Origin: Spirochaetales bacterium | Lineage (GTDB): Bacteria > Spirochaetota > Spirochaetia > Treponematales > UBA12059 | Direction: 5' to 3' | NCBI GenBank assembly: GCA_016928955.1 | Contig: JAFGJV010000012.1 | Span: 1 to 45,813 of the forward strand | Length of the DNA: 45,813 nucleotides | Shown: piece by piece, positions 45,577 through 45,813 of the stretch | Position numbering within the stretch: the first letter of the stretch is position 1 | How the letters are laid out: the number at the start of each line of letters is the position of its first letter | Made by a program: the position numbers and the translations under genes | Notes under the pieces: generated by a model | Databases searched by the model: none | Told to the model about the DNA's origin: nothing | What the model saw: only the letters and a program-made list of their open reading frames with translations

Positions 45577-45813
45577 ATGACTACCAAAACAACAAAACTT
45601 AGCTTTGTAGAAACACGTTATATGCAGGTGAAAAAATGTAATTCACGCGTAAGCGCAAGGCTAATTGGAACTCTTGGGGCGGTCTGTCTCGCGCTCACGC
45701 TCGAAATAGCTCTACAGTGGATTTATGGTGAGATAGTCAATCGTAACGAGACCTGGTTGTACGAGCATTGGTCACCTTTTGTCTGGGATAACTACGATTT
45801 CCTCCGGGAACTC
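45577..45813 (+). CDS. Partial membrane protein (open to window end)
   Basis: ATG 3 nt after the CPBP stop; frame MTTKTTKLSF...LIGTLGAVCLALTLEIALQW...DFLREL stays open to 45813; not in the ORF track. Confidence 0.55.
   Translation, partial: MTTKTTKLSFVETRYMQVKKCNSRVSARLIGTLGAVCLALTLEIALQWIYGEIVNRNETWLYEHWSPFVWDNYDFLREL

Larger units (their letters stand above)
43395..45813. other. AT-rich accessory island (runs off the window end)
   Basis: Abrupt switch to AT-rich sequence and A/T-ending codons right after the palindrome cluster. Confidence 0.85.

Overview
Bacterial chromosomal window, GC-rich (visually about 65-70%) for the first ~42 kb. It is most consistent with a spirochaete (inference from lipoprotein signals, a GAF-GGEEF DgcA-like cyclase, AsnA and Treponema-like hypothetical proteins). 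In order it holds: (i) a nucleobase catabolic cluster: three-subunit molybdenum hydroxylase, UraA-type permease and the YahE/FdrA/YahG (AllH/F/G-like) trio; (ii) exported proteins: a MEMO1-fold lipoprotein, a KPVIYLYP-domain protein and a WG-repeat/SH3 protein; (iii) a BMP lipoprotein next to a histidine kinase whose ATP-binding motifs are destroyed; (iv) a ketopantoate-reductase-family gene interrupted by TAG; (v) an esterase/GH5/galU/lipase run; (vi) an unusually long glmS; (vii) aldo/keto reductase, two-component system, TraB, TPR protein, purL-purQ, diguanylate cyclase, ferredoxin, alpha-glucosidase and asnA. After a cluster of REP-like palindromes at 43.3 kb the sequence turns AT-rich. 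This island encodes the most intriguing element: a small protein with a Sec signal, an acidic double-glycine-type leader and a compositionally foreign core, flanked by two CPBP (CAAX/Abi) intramembrane proteases. Also notable are a dispersed ~36-bp palindromic repeat family and seven genes with a -10 box exactly 6 nt before the ATG (probable leaderless mRNAs). No rRNA, tRNA, CRISPR array, transposase or integrase was seen. All calls come from motif reading; no database search was run.
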